DNA from: Bdellovibrionota bacterium | GTDB lineage: Bacteria > Bdellovibrionota_C > UBA2361 > OMII01 | Reading direction: 5' to 3' | Length of the DNA stretch: 64,000 nt | Assembly (NCBI GenBank): GCA_044351885.1 | Contig: JBILEW010000011.1 | Location: 2,180 to 66,179 of the forward strand | Shown here: positions 27,648-35,655 of the stretch, piece after piece | Layout of the letters: every line of letters starts with the position of its first letter | Numbering within the stretch: position 1 is the first letter of the stretch | Program-made: the position numbers and the translations under genes | Notes under the pieces: model-generated | What the model was told of the DNA's origin: nothing | What the model saw: only the letters and a program-made list of their open reading frames with translations | Databases searched by the model: none

Positions 27648-28199
27648 ATGAAATTCAGTCAACTCCTTGCGATTCTCGTACTGTCGTTACCGCTGGACGC
27701 TCGCTCAGACGGAGAGTGCATCCCCGCCGAGCAAGCGCAGATGCAAGCCGTTGATGACTTATACGTTCCGAACAGCGCCTTCTCACTCGGTATCTGTTAT
27801 CTTGCAGAACCGCCCGCAAAAGACGGAATCTTCGCACAGTACCACCGCGACCTCGTCGTTTTGAAGGAAGGCGCCCATCGCGTTGCAAGTCACGCAACTG
27901 AAATGCCTATTACCGTAGGACGGATATCCGACCTCGTTCTCGAAAAAAACACCGACAGATTTGTCGCGATCTCCTACGGAGCCGGCGAGTTTTGCAATGG
28001 TATCGTTATTTTCGACACAAACAAGAGGATACCTGCAGCGTCTCTGGCGTGCGTGAGCGATTCTGACATCTGTCACGTTACCGAGATCGATGACCGGGCG
28101 TGTATAGCTCTAGTGGAGTGCCGCGATATGGGAGCAGAGGGCGAGCCGCCCACTCGAAACGAGCCCGTCACCAAGCGCCTCTCTCTTTGTGAGAAGTGA
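27648..28199 (+). CDS. secreted Cys-containing hypothetical protein (183 aa)
   Basis: Signal peptide MKFSQLLAILVLSLPLDARSDG. No known motif. Confidence 0.5.
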   Translation: MKFSQLLAILVLSLPLDARSDGECIPAEQAQMQAVDDLYVPNSAFSLGICYLAEPPAKDGIFAQYHRDLVVLKEGAHRVASHATEMPITVGRISDLVLEKNTDRFVAISYGAGEFCNGIVIFDTNKRIPAASLACVSDSDICHVTEIDDRACIALVECRDMGAEGEPPTRNEPVTKRLSLCEK

Positions 28200-28277
28200 G
28201 ATACGACGGGCTCAAAGGAGCGCAAGACGGAAGCTGAGCTTGTCCGCTTACAGGTTGTTGAGTTATCTCCGATTGAA

Positions 28278-28732
28278 TTTTGGCTCATTGTAGAATCGCG
28301 TGGGTGGTAACGAGGAAAGGGATAACATAAATACTTGTTTCGGCGCATAAATAGCGCCTTTTCACGTGAACGTGCTCGTGCACGTAAACGTGAACGTACC
28401 CGAATGAGCAACATTATTCCCTCCCGCCCCAACTAGAGCAGTATGCTCGACTATGAAAAATTAGACGTCTATCGAGCAGCGCTATTTCTCAACGGCACGA
28501 GGATCAGTGATGGAGTGTGGCGCCCTCTTTGATCTGTTAAACGCTCTAAGCTATGTCTCTCCCGACGAGTCTCGCGCGGATAAGCGTTTGCTTACAAGGA
28601 CTGCAGCCATGCTTTCTAAGCTATGCCCTCAGCCCGCATGAGACCTGTTTCGGGTACGTTTACGTTCACGTTTACGTGCACGTTCACGTCGGCATAACAC
28701 CTAGTCTTACCCACTCGATTCCGCGAACACCC
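28278..28732 (+). mobile_element. palindromic MITE-like element, A-type copy with four-helix-bundle gene remnant (A2)
   Basis: Outer IR: ggctcattgtagaatcgcgtgggt ... acccactcgattccgcgaacaccc. Inner hexamer-periodic arms lie at 28363-28404 (cacgtgaacgtgctcgtgcacgtaaacgtgaacgtacccgaa) and 28649-28690 (ttcgggtacgtttacgttcacgtttacgtgcacgttcacgtc). It is collinear with 38538-38980. Confidence 0.75.
28443..28641 (+). pseudogene. internally deleted and frameshifted four-helix-bundle protein gene (23S rRNA intervening-sequence protein family) inside element A2
   Basis: An N-terminal piece, MLDYEKLDVYRAALFL, is followed by a frame break. The C-terminal piece is ECGALFDLLNALSYVSPDESRADKRLLTRTAAMLSKL. 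These match the conserved ends of the family (KLDVY-KA ... GS--E---L---A--LGY------L---L--I-KML--L), but the central ~60 aa are missing. Confidence 0.6.
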
Positions 28733-28767
28733 TTCATATGTAGAAATGAGCACGTGCCTCGATCCAA

Positions 28768-30810
28768 TCACACCTGAATCGGCTTCCCATCCATCTCCGC
28801 CGGAATCTCCAGACCGAAGCTCTTCAAGATACTCGGAGCCATGTCCCAGATCGCTGGAGTTCCGCGCCCCCAGTCCGTCTTGTTCGAGAGGATGATACCT
28901 GGGACCAGTCCAGGATCGAAGCAGTGATCAGCCGACCACTTGTTGGTTCGATCGCCTACCATCTCACGCGGGAACTTACCCAGCACCGCTTCATCTGATA
29001 CGCGATATCCCGAGTGGTAGCCCACCAAAACATCCGGAGCTAGGAAGAGGTGCGGCCCGGAGTAGATCTTGTGAGAATCGTAGGCGGCTCTTACGATCGG
29101 CTTGTTACGAAGTGGATCCACCGCAAGCACCAACCGAGCGATGATCTCGTCCTTGATGCGCTGCGCTTCCTGAGGGTCGACGATACCGTTTGGCTCACGA
29201 TCCTTCAGATTCACGTACACACCGTTGATTCCAAGCGCGTAGGCCCTCGTCTTTGACCAGTCGACACGGTCATACATATCGCCCGGCTCGTGCGACTCTG
29301 GATCCTTGAGCACCGTATACCCCTGCTCCACCAGCCACCGACTGATATGGAACTCACGCTCGAACGTGCCGAATCCGTGATCGGATATGACGAAGAAGGT
29401 TGTCGAGTCGTCGACCTTGCTCAGTACGAGCTTCAAGGCATCGTCCATACGCTGATACAACCTTCGAACAGAGGTCTTCAGCTCGGGACTGGCGTTTGGT
29501 CGATAGAGCGGATGACTCGGATCGCACAACCGCCACAACATGTGGCAATTCTGATCGATGCACGAGAAATAGTAAAAGAAGAATCCGTCGTCGTAACGTG
29601 ACAGCTGATAGTCGAGGATTTTTAAGTTTTCGTCGATGACGATGTTGGCCTGATGGAAATACTCATCATCGGAGATCGCACCAAGGGCGACAGCCTTCTG
29701 ATCCGCAGGAAACCCCTGCGTATAGAAACGCCCGACCGCCTGCGCGATCTCGCGTGAATAGCCGCTCGGAGATCCGATCGGAAGGGTCGGCTCCATTGGA
29801 TCGATGTTGATCGGCGACACGTACACCTTGAGCGTCGGATGCACCTGCTTTACGAAGAGCCGAACCATACCGCCGACGGTGGCGAACAGCGGGATGAACT
29901 CGAACGAGAGCGGTACCCACTCCGACCACTCCCCTTGCTTCAGAACGAGCGTCTCGCCACCTATGTCGATCTTTACTATCGGGTCCCACGGATCTCGCGA
30001 GATGACCACCGGTACAGATGCAGCCGTGCCGTCGTTTCGAAAGGAGTTGGTTGGCCCCTCAAGCACTGCACTGTAGACGTTATTTACAGGGCGCACCCGC
30101 ACCACCCGACCACCGCTCCAGTCGTTTGAATCCGGTACGTCAACTTCAGAGAAGAGCGTGAAGGTGCCGTACGTTCCGAGCAGATCGGGTGTTCCCATGC
30201 CCGATAGCGCCTGAACGGAGCCCTCTTCTACGACCGGGAAGTTTGCGGGGAGTGCAAATATCGTCGAGGGGATGCCGCGCTCCTCGAGGAGGGACCAGAA
30301 TGGACGTCCCTTACGCATCAGATCCACGCGTCCCGATCCGAGAGGTAGGCACCACTCGCCGATCGACAGCTTTGAATCAGAAGAGTAGGAACGGGTAGTG
30401 GAAAGATACGGCAAGAGCGCATTCGGATCGCGGTGAACGAAATCGAAGATTCCGTGTCCGCCTGGATTCGTTCCGGTAATAAAGCTCGACCACGCCACCG
30501 GACTCTGCGGAGGCATCGTTGTCCCGAGTTCACCGAATCGCGACCGCTCCATGAAGGCCTTGAAGGTCGGCATGTAGCCTTGATCAACGAACTGCCTGAG
30601 AAGCTTCGGATCCATACCATCAATGCCCAGCACGATCGTCTTGGAGCCGACACGCTTATTCTTGAGGTACGGCGCCTTGCCACTCGCGAGAATATCGCCC
30701 ATCGAGAGGCCAACCGCACTGGCGGCCGCGCCCTTCAAGAAATCTCGCCTGCTGACCCGTGCGCCTTTCGTCACTTGATCCGTCCCTCGACAAAGAAAAC
30801 CTCGAAACAC
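28768..30810 (-). CDS. Tat-exported alkaline phosphatase superfamily protein, type I phosphodiesterase/nucleotide pyrophosphatase-like (680 aa; probable true start GTG at 30774, giving 668 aa)
   Basis: Twin-arginine signal: SRRDFLKGAAASAVGLS. Motifs: TIVLGIDGMDPKLLRQF, FFVISDHGF. The GTG at 30774 overlaps the upstream stop as GTGA (4-nt coupling). Confidence 0.8.
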   Translation of the reverse strand: MFRGFLCRGTDQVTKGARVSRRDFLKGAAASAVGLSMGDILASGKAPYLKNKRVGSKTIVLGIDGMDPKLLRQFVDQGYMPTFKAFMERSRFGELGTTMPPQSPVAWSSFITGTNPGGHGIFDFVHRDPNALLPYLSTTRSYSSDSKLSIGEWCLPLGSGRVDLMRKGRPFWSLLEERGIPSTIFALPANFPVVEEGSVQALSGMGTPDLLGTYGTFTLFSEVDVPDSNDWSGGRVVRVRPVNNVYSAVLEGPTNSFRNDGTAASVPVVISRDPWDPIVKIDIGGETLVLKQGEWSEWVPLSFEFIPLFATVGGMVRLFVKQVHPTLKVYVSPINIDPMEPTLPIGSPSGYSREIAQAVGRFYTQGFPADQKAVALGAISDDEYFHQANIVIDENLKILDYQLSRYDDGFFFYYFSCIDQNCHMLWRLCDPSHPLYRPNASPELKTSVRRLYQRMDDALKLVLSKVDDSTTFFVISDHGFGTFEREFHISRWLVEQGYTVLKDPESHEPGDMYDRVDWSKTRAYALGINGVYVNLKDREPNGIVDPQEAQRIKDEIIARLVLAVDPLRNKPIVRAAYDSHKIYSGPHLFLAPDVLVGYHSGYRVSDEAVLGKFPREMVGDRTNKWSADHCFDPGLVPGIILSNKTDWGRGTPAIWDMAPSILKSFGLEIPAEMDGKPIQV

Positions 30811-31616
30811 TTCTCGTGCATGATCGGACCGTGGCCGAAATACCCATCCTCTCCGAACAGCTCGCCGTGATCTGACATAACCATAATGTGGGTGTTGCGT
30901 GGCACGACTTCGTAGAGCTTCTCGAAAAGAGCATCGAGGTACTCGACGTTTTTGCGCTGCTTGTCGTGCAACATCTTCATCTGGTCCATGTCGAAGAAGC
31001 GCTCCTCTTTCGGCGCACCTGACGGGTTGCCCCCTTGCAGCACCAAGTCGTCCATGTGCTTGAAGACACCGTGTACACCAGAGATACGCGGCAGGTCATC
31101 GGCCGACTCACCCGGAACGATGTACGGGTAGTGCGTCTCGCCGATGTTGAGAAGATAAAACGAAGGCTTGTCCGGCTCGAAGATCAAATTATCGATGATC
31201 GCATTGAAGTCGTGGTGGCACTTCATGAGCTGATAGCGGTCGAAGTGTGTGTTGAGAATGGTAGTCTGATTGAGGACCGGCATACTCACGAGGGCGTTGG
31301 TCTTGTATCCCTGCTCCTTCAAGAAGGCTGGCAGCGAAAGTCGTGGAACGAACCCTTTGAAGGAGATGTCTGGAATGTTCAGACGATCGCCCCAATTAAC
31401 GAAGTCCTTCTTGTAAACCTCGGACGCGAACACCCCCTTGGGGCTCTTATGAGGACTGCATCCCAACAGGTACACGGTGTGAGAAGGAACCGTCCAACTC
31501 GCATACGAGTAGCGCCGCTCGACCTCTCCCAGTTTGCTGATGAAGGGGGTCTTCGCCGCAGCGAACGAGTCGAACCGGCAACTATCGAAGACGATCATCA
31601 GAAGGTTGTTCTTCAT
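30771..31616 (-). CDS. alkaline phosphatase superfamily (sulfatase-like) protein (281 aa)
   Basis: MKNNLLMIVFDSCRFDSF at the N-terminus and HIMVMSDHGELFGEDGYFGHG near the C-terminus. Confidence 0.65.
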   Translation of the reverse strand: MKNNLLMIVFDSCRFDSFAAAKTPFISKLGEVERRYSYASWTVPSHTVYLLGCSPHKSPKGVFASEVYKKDFVNWGDRLNIPDISFKGFVPRLSLPAFLKEQGYKTNALVSMPVLNQTTILNTHFDRYQLMKCHHDFNAIIDNLIFEPDKPSFYLLNIGETHYPYIVPGESADDLPRISGVHGVFKHMDDLVLQGGNPSGAPKEERFFDMDQMKMLHDKQRKNVEYLDALFEKLYEVVPRNTHIMVMSDHGELFGEDGYFGHGPIMHEKCFEVFFVEGRIK

Positions 31617-31642
31617 GGCACTACCCTACCGTAATTCCGCTA

Positions 31643-32485
31643 CTACACAGATATTCCAAACAAGCGGCTTCCGACAAAGCCCGCAAGGATGGATACGACG
31701 AGAAATATCGATACCCACGAGAGCTCTATCCCCCCAAAGAGATAGAACCGCTCGGGATACGAGAGCTCGACCCGCTCGATCGGCCCAGACGGCAACGAGA
31801 AGCCCCCTCCTCCGTTCGGAAAAAGAAGCGGCTCCAGAACGTCGTGACGGGAAAGATAAACCCCAAGCGGTCGAGAGGCTTCAGGACCACTCTCTACGAA
31901 CTGCTGGAGCACTTCCCCCTGGCCGGGGACGGAGATCTTGACGGAGTGCTGTCCGTCGCTACTCGGACGCACTCGCCAGTAGACTGAACGGGTCTTGGGA
32001 ACCCGCACGGGTCCGACTACTTCGAGGCCGGAGTCCGTTTGCAGCGCGACGCTACGTACGTCTGTGTCCTTGGCTACATTAACAGAGAGAACGGTCGTCT
32101 CGTTATGCGTTAGCGGACGCGCTCCAAAGCGCAGATTGAGGTGTCCGAGCACGAGCGCGAACGGCACGGCCAAAATAAGCACCGGACCCATGGCGAGAAA
32201 AAAGTACCGACAGCCTGCCAGAAAGAGCGCCCCCTGCGCCTTCAGAGTCTGCAGCATGTCGCGACGAAAGAGGAACACCTCCATCAAGGATGCCGAGATA
32301 TCGGTCTTGACGCGCTTTATCGCTCCCTGATTGGAGACCTTTCCGAAAACGACGACCATCACCAGACCGAACACCACAGCAACAATCAAGAGCTGCACAC
32401 TAGGGGTCGCCCACGAAAGCGTGGACCACGCAACCCCTACGAGCCATGCCAGACCCTGGTGAAGGTAGGCAACGATACTATTCAA
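31643..32485 (-). CDS. polytopic membrane protein, hypothetical (280 aa)
   Basis: Several hydrophobic helices. It overlaps the upstream small ORF by 8 nt and belongs to the same-strand operon with the two AP-superfamily genes. Confidence 0.55.
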   Translation of the reverse strand: MNSIVAYLHQGLAWLVGVAWSTLSWATPSVQLLIVAVVFGLVMVVVFGKVSNQGAIKRVKTDISASLMEVFLFRRDMLQTLKAQGALFLAGCRYFFLAMGPVLILAVPFALVLGHLNLRFGARPLTHNETTVLSVNVAKDTDVRSVALQTDSGLEVVGPVRVPKTRSVYWRVRPSSDGQHSVKISVPGQGEVLQQFVESGPEASRPLGVYLSRHDVLEPLLFPNGGGGFSLPSGPIERVELSYPERFYLFGGIELSWVSIFLVVSILAGFVGSRLFGISV

Positions 32486-32735
32486 GGTATCCGAGCCCTT
32501 TGAGCTGATTGGCGATCTCCTCGACCTCCGCAGCCGAAGGCTCTTTGTTTGACGTGGACGCCATCACCTTCTCGGCCTCGCTCTCCAGAGCACGCTCGAT
32601 GAACTCGTCCACTGAGCACCCGATAATACCGGCTGCTACCTTGACCTTCTGCAGAACAGAATCGCTGACCTTGACCTTGTTGCCACCACCGAACATAAAG
32701 AAATCCCCAGGGGTTATAACCCTCCTGAAACCCAC
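32478..32735 (-). CDS. small protein, possible ribbon-helix-helix fold (start more likely the ATG at 32696)
   Basis: KVKVSDSVLQKVKVAAGIIGCSVDEFIERALESEAEKV follows a beta-strand/helix/helix pattern typical of CopG/Arc-type RHH proteins. This is a weak call. Confidence 0.4.
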   Translation of the reverse strand: MGFRRVITPGDFFMFGGGNKVKVSDSVLQKVKVAAGIIGCSVDEFIERALESEAEKVMASTSNKEPSAAEVEEIANQLKGLGYLE

Positions 32736-32898
32736 GGCCCAAAAGGGGGTTAATCGGCCACCAGTATATACCTAACTCTAGCTTTTCAGAAGGGTTACAG
32801 TGCATTTTGCAGCATCAGCGCGCGCTCCTTCTGGAGCACTTACCGCAGCGGCGTAAAATACGAAATATACGCCCAATCAGCGCTTTACGACCCTTATG

Positions 32899-33297
32899 CT
32901 ATCCTCCAGCGCGCTTACTGCGAATCCCTCGCTTGGAGAGGGCCCCGATCACCGTATCGCAGTGGTCTCCCTGAATCTCTAAAATCCCTTCCTTCTCCGT
33001 ACCCCCAGTACCGCAGACCCGTTTGAGGTCCTTCAACAACGTACCGAGCTCGTCCTTCGTAAGGGCCAATCCCGAGATCGTCGTGACCGTCTTACCACCA
33101 CGGCCCTTGGTTTCTCGACGCACCTTCACATTGCCGTCACCGGCAATCGCACGTCGTTTCTCCTCCGCACACGAGCACGACTTGCGGGGCTTCGCACATG
33201 CGGGACAGATCTCGCCCTGGTCGGTCGAATACACCAATCGGAACTCGGAATCCTTACCTCGTGTCATCGTTACTCCACACAGTGACAGACTTACCAA
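32899..33297 (-). CDS. yciH: SUI1/eIF1-family translation factor YciH (likely start ATG at 33267, 122 aa)
   Basis: VYSTDQGEICPACAKPRKSCSC...VKVRRETKGRGGKTVTTISGL...LLKDLKRVCGTGGTEKEGILEIQGDH. An SD (ggag) lies 5 nt before the ATG at 33267. Confidence 0.85.
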   Translation of the reverse strand: MVSLSLCGVTMTRGKDSEFRLVYSTDQGEICPACAKPRKSCSCAEEKRRAIAGDGNVKVRRETKGRGGKTVTTISGLALTKDELGTLLKDLKRVCGTGGTEKEGILEIQGDHCDTVIGALSKRGIRSKRAGG

Positions 33298-33926
33298 CGA
33301 ACCCCTTTCAGGTTCACCCCCACTAGCTGAGATTCAAAGAGACGTCGATCTACCCTACGGAGAGTGCGCTCTTGTGCCACGCCCACAATGTCATAGTGTC
33401 GAGTCTCTCCCAAACGCTCCACAAGCAGGTCCCCTACCGCATCGTCGCACTCCCAATCGAGTCGCCGAGGATCGGGTAGCCGCAGTGGGCGCGAGAAGCT
33501 GCGCAGGGACTTCTCTCCCTTCATGTTGAAATAGAACTCGAAGTAAGAGACGACCAGCTCTCGTACATTCCGAAAGATAGGCTCGCGCAAGCGGAGCCCT
33601 GGAAAGTTCGACTTGGCAACCGCCCCCCAACGCCCTCGGTGTTGGTAGGCGCAGATCATGTGGTCGTCGTCACGCACGGCACACAGGTCGACCAAAAACG
33701 GAGTGAATCCGTGCCTTCGCAGCGCTGCGGCCGCCAGTAGCGAGCCGTCGAAACAGTGCGCGCGACCGTCCCTCAACGCCGCCCGGGCGGAGAGGTGCCC
33801 GTCTTCACAACGGTAGGGCAGTTTGTCCAGATAATCCTGCACAGCTGCGGGTGTCCGCATCTTGGCCAGCACACCGAGCTCTCGCTTTGTCCATGCAACT
33901 TCGAATGATCTCATATCCCACTTCAA
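33291..33926 (-). CDS. transglutaminase-like (papain-fold Cys/His) protein, hypothetical (211 aa)
   Basis: GRAHCFDGSLLAAAALRRHGFTPFLVDL...DDDHMICAYQHRGRWGAV fits the G-C--fa---a-lR--GiP-R ... H-w-e-----W transglutaminase-core pattern. Confidence 0.5.
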   Translation of the reverse strand: MKWDMRSFEVAWTKRELGVLAKMRTPAAVQDYLDKLPYRCEDGHLSARAALRDGRAHCFDGSLLAAAALRRHGFTPFLVDLCAVRDDDHMICAYQHRGRWGAVAKSNFPGLRLREPIFRNVRELVVSYFEFYFNMKGEKSLRSFSRPLRLPDPRRLDWECDDAVGDLLVERLGETRHYDIVGVAQERTLRRVDRRLFESQLVGVNLKGVRW

Positions 33927-33975
33927 CTCTTCTCGTGAAATGTCACACTAATAGCGCTCCATAACAAGAACCCCT

Positions 33976-34647
33976 ATGTTCACGTGCTTCAACGGTGATT
34001 ACAATCTTCACGTGAGGTCTCTATTCCTTCTTTTAGTTCTTTCTATAACCGTATCCCGACCGGCGTCGGCAAATCCCGTGAGCTTCAAGGGCGGCTACGG
34101 AGTCATGCCCGCGTACAACGACGACTGGTCGGACCTGCAAGTGAATTATTCTGTTACTAATCGCTACTCACTTGGAATCTCAAGTTTTTATCGAGAGGGC
34201 AAAGACAGTACCGCTACCTTCGGGCTAGGGCAGTTCAATTATCTCTTGAAACGCTGGAATGAATTAGATTCTCAAGCCAACGTCAATCTATCACTGGGGC
34301 TCGGAGGTAGACACGATTCACGCGACGATGGAGCCCTGGCTGGCTACGGTGCGCTCGAGGCAGACTATGAGACACGGCGATTGTATACTCAGCTATCGGC
34401 GGAGACGCTCCAATCGGAGGGGTCGGTGCAGTTCAACCGTATCAGAGGGCGTATCGGATTCACTCCGTACGTTGCGCCCTTCGATGCCCTCCAAACGTGG
34501 GTAGTATTGCAGGTGGACGAGATGCCCGAGATGGACGAGAGTTCTCGCGTGACACCCCTTTTACGCTTCTTCTACAACAACTTCGTACTCGAAGTCGGCG
34601 CGAGTTTAGAAGGTACGCCGTTTTTAGCTGGAGCTGCTCATTTTTAG
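33976..34647 (+). CDS. outer-membrane beta-barrel protein, hypothetical (223 aa; signal peptide probably starts at GTG 34012)
   Basis: Signal peptide RSLFLLLVLSITVSRPASA|NP, alternating amphipathic strands, and a C-terminal ...AGAAHF ending in Phe. Confidence 0.6.
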   Translation: MFTCFNGDYNLHVRSLFLLLVLSITVSRPASANPVSFKGGYGVMPAYNDDWSDLQVNYSVTNRYSLGISSFYREGKDSTATFGLGQFNYLLKRWNELDSQANVNLSLGLGGRHDSRDDGALAGYGALEADYETRRLYTQLSAETLQSEGSVQFNRIRGRIGFTPYVAPFDALQTWVVLQVDEMPEMDESSRVTPLLRFFYNNFVLEVGASLEGTPFLAGAAHF

Positions 34648-34657
34648 AGGTGACTGT

Positions 34658-34978
34658 ATGAAACAAATGCTCGTTCTCGCGACTACTGCGCTGTCGCTAT
34701 TAACAACCTTCCCCTTACCGGTACAGGCGGAACGCATATCGGTCTCCGTAAAAGGGATGGTGTGCTCCTTTTGCGCCCAGGGGATCAAAAAAACCTTTGG
34801 ACGCAAGGAGAGCGTCAAAGATGTTGCTGTAGATCTCGACACCAAGGTGGTGACGATCACCACCAAAGATGATGCCTCACTTCCCGACACTGAGATTCGA
34901 GAAAGTATAGTCGACGCCGGCTACGAGGTCGTGAAGATAGAGCGTACATCTGAACATGTGACGCACGTAGCTCAATGA
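34658..34978 (+). CDS. periplasmic heavy-metal-associated (HMA) domain protein, MerP/CopZ-like (106 aa)
   Basis: A signal peptide is followed by ISVSVKGMVCSFCAQGIKKTF (GMxCxxC metal-binding loop) and ...IVDAGYEV. Confidence 0.75.
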   Translation: MKQMLVLATTALSLLTTFPLPVQAERISVSVKGMVCSFCAQGIKKTFGRKESVKDVAVDLDTKVVTITTKDDASLPDTEIRESIVDAGYEVVKIERTSEHVTHVAQ

Positions 34979-35049
34979 TCCTCGTGTGCGCCTCCCTACA
35001 TACTCAACAGTCCTCGCTTTCGGAAGGCACCGTACTGAAGATATAGACG

Positions 35050-35415
35050 ATGCGGATCAAGCAGATACTCCCTTTCACAGCTCTCTTTTTCTCGTTGAGC
35101 ACCCTCGTGTGCTGCGCCCTCCCCGCACTTTTCGTTACCCTCGGCGCCGGGGCAACCTTCGTATCGCTGCTGGGCGTTTTTCCGCAATTGATCTGGTTCT
35201 CGGAACACAAAATAGCGGTCTTCTCCGTAGCTGCGATCCTCCTTGCGCTCAATTTCCTGCATCGGCGCCTGACTCCTCAGGAATGCCCAACCGATCCACT
35301 GCTCGCTCTTCAGTGCACCCGAGCGCGCAGAATCTCAGGAGTCGTTTCCGGGCTCTCGGTCTTCTTTCTCGTCGTGGGTGCTTTCTTCGCCTTCGTCGCG
35401 CCGTTGCTATGGTAG
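35050..35415 (+). CDS. MerT-like metal transport membrane protein (121 aa)
   Basis: TM1 has the vicinal Cys pair LSTLVCCALPALFVTLGAG (compare MerT ACCLGPLVLIALG). A second Cys pair lies in the loop after TM2 (LHRRLTPQECPTDPLLALQC). There are three TM helices and the size is the same as MerT. Confidence 0.6.
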   Translation: MRIKQILPFTALFFSLSTLVCCALPALFVTLGAGATFVSLLGVFPQLIWFSEHKIAVFSVAAILLALNFLHRRLTPQECPTDPLLALQCTRARRISGVVSGLSVFFLVVGAFFAFVAPLLW

Positions 35416-35420
35416 AGGGC

Positions 35421-35600
35421 TAGGGAAGCGAGGCAAAACCCTACACTCTACCACGTGAACGTGCTCGTGCACCTGAACGTAAACGTACCCGGAACAAAAA
35501 CATCAAGATGTTCGAGCACGTGCACGTTTACGAGCACGAGCACGTTCACGTGGTATGTTCGAAAGTGGGACCACAGGTAAGTTTTGCCTCGCTTCCCTAG
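35421..35600. repeat. palindromic MITE-like element, B-type copy (B2)
   Basis: Perfect 20-nt terminal IR: ctagggaagcgaggcaaaac ... gttttgcctcgcttccctag. Hexamer-periodic arms: ccacgtgaacgtgctcgtgcacctgaacgtaaacgtacccgg / gagcacgtgcacgtttacgagcacgagcacgttcacgtgg. Paralog of 22049-22222. Confidence 0.85.
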
Positions 35601-35611
35601 GGGAGGAGAGG

Positions 35612-35637
35612 CGAAACCACGCGAACGCGTGGTTTCG
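35612..35637. terminator. GC-rich palindrome/hairpin between convergent genes (no U-tract)
   Basis: cgaaaccacgcg aa cgcgtggtttcg has perfectly complementary 12-nt halves. It lies between the merT-like 3' end (with B2) and the 3' end of the minus-strand REC-kinase gene. Confidence 0.35.
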
Positions 35638-35655
35638 TTGAGCAGTTGGGCGCAA

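Noticed and set aside
28073-28432. ORFs whose products contain dipeptide repeats such as RVRSRLRARARSR, FTFTFTSTFTW or YVHVYVHVHV. Others lie at 21983-22168, 22133-22345, 28553-28777, 38424-38705, 38566-38754, 38815-39021 and 38891-39073.
   Set aside because: They are read-through of the 6-nt periodic arms of the palindromic elements. They occur on both strands and in several frames of the same DNA, so they are artefacts of the repeat rather than genes.
28363-28690. Short periodic repeats that could be mistaken for a CRISPR array.
   Set aside because: The repeat unit is only 6 nt with no spacers. The two blocks are inverted complements of each other (hairpin arms), and no cas genes are in the window.
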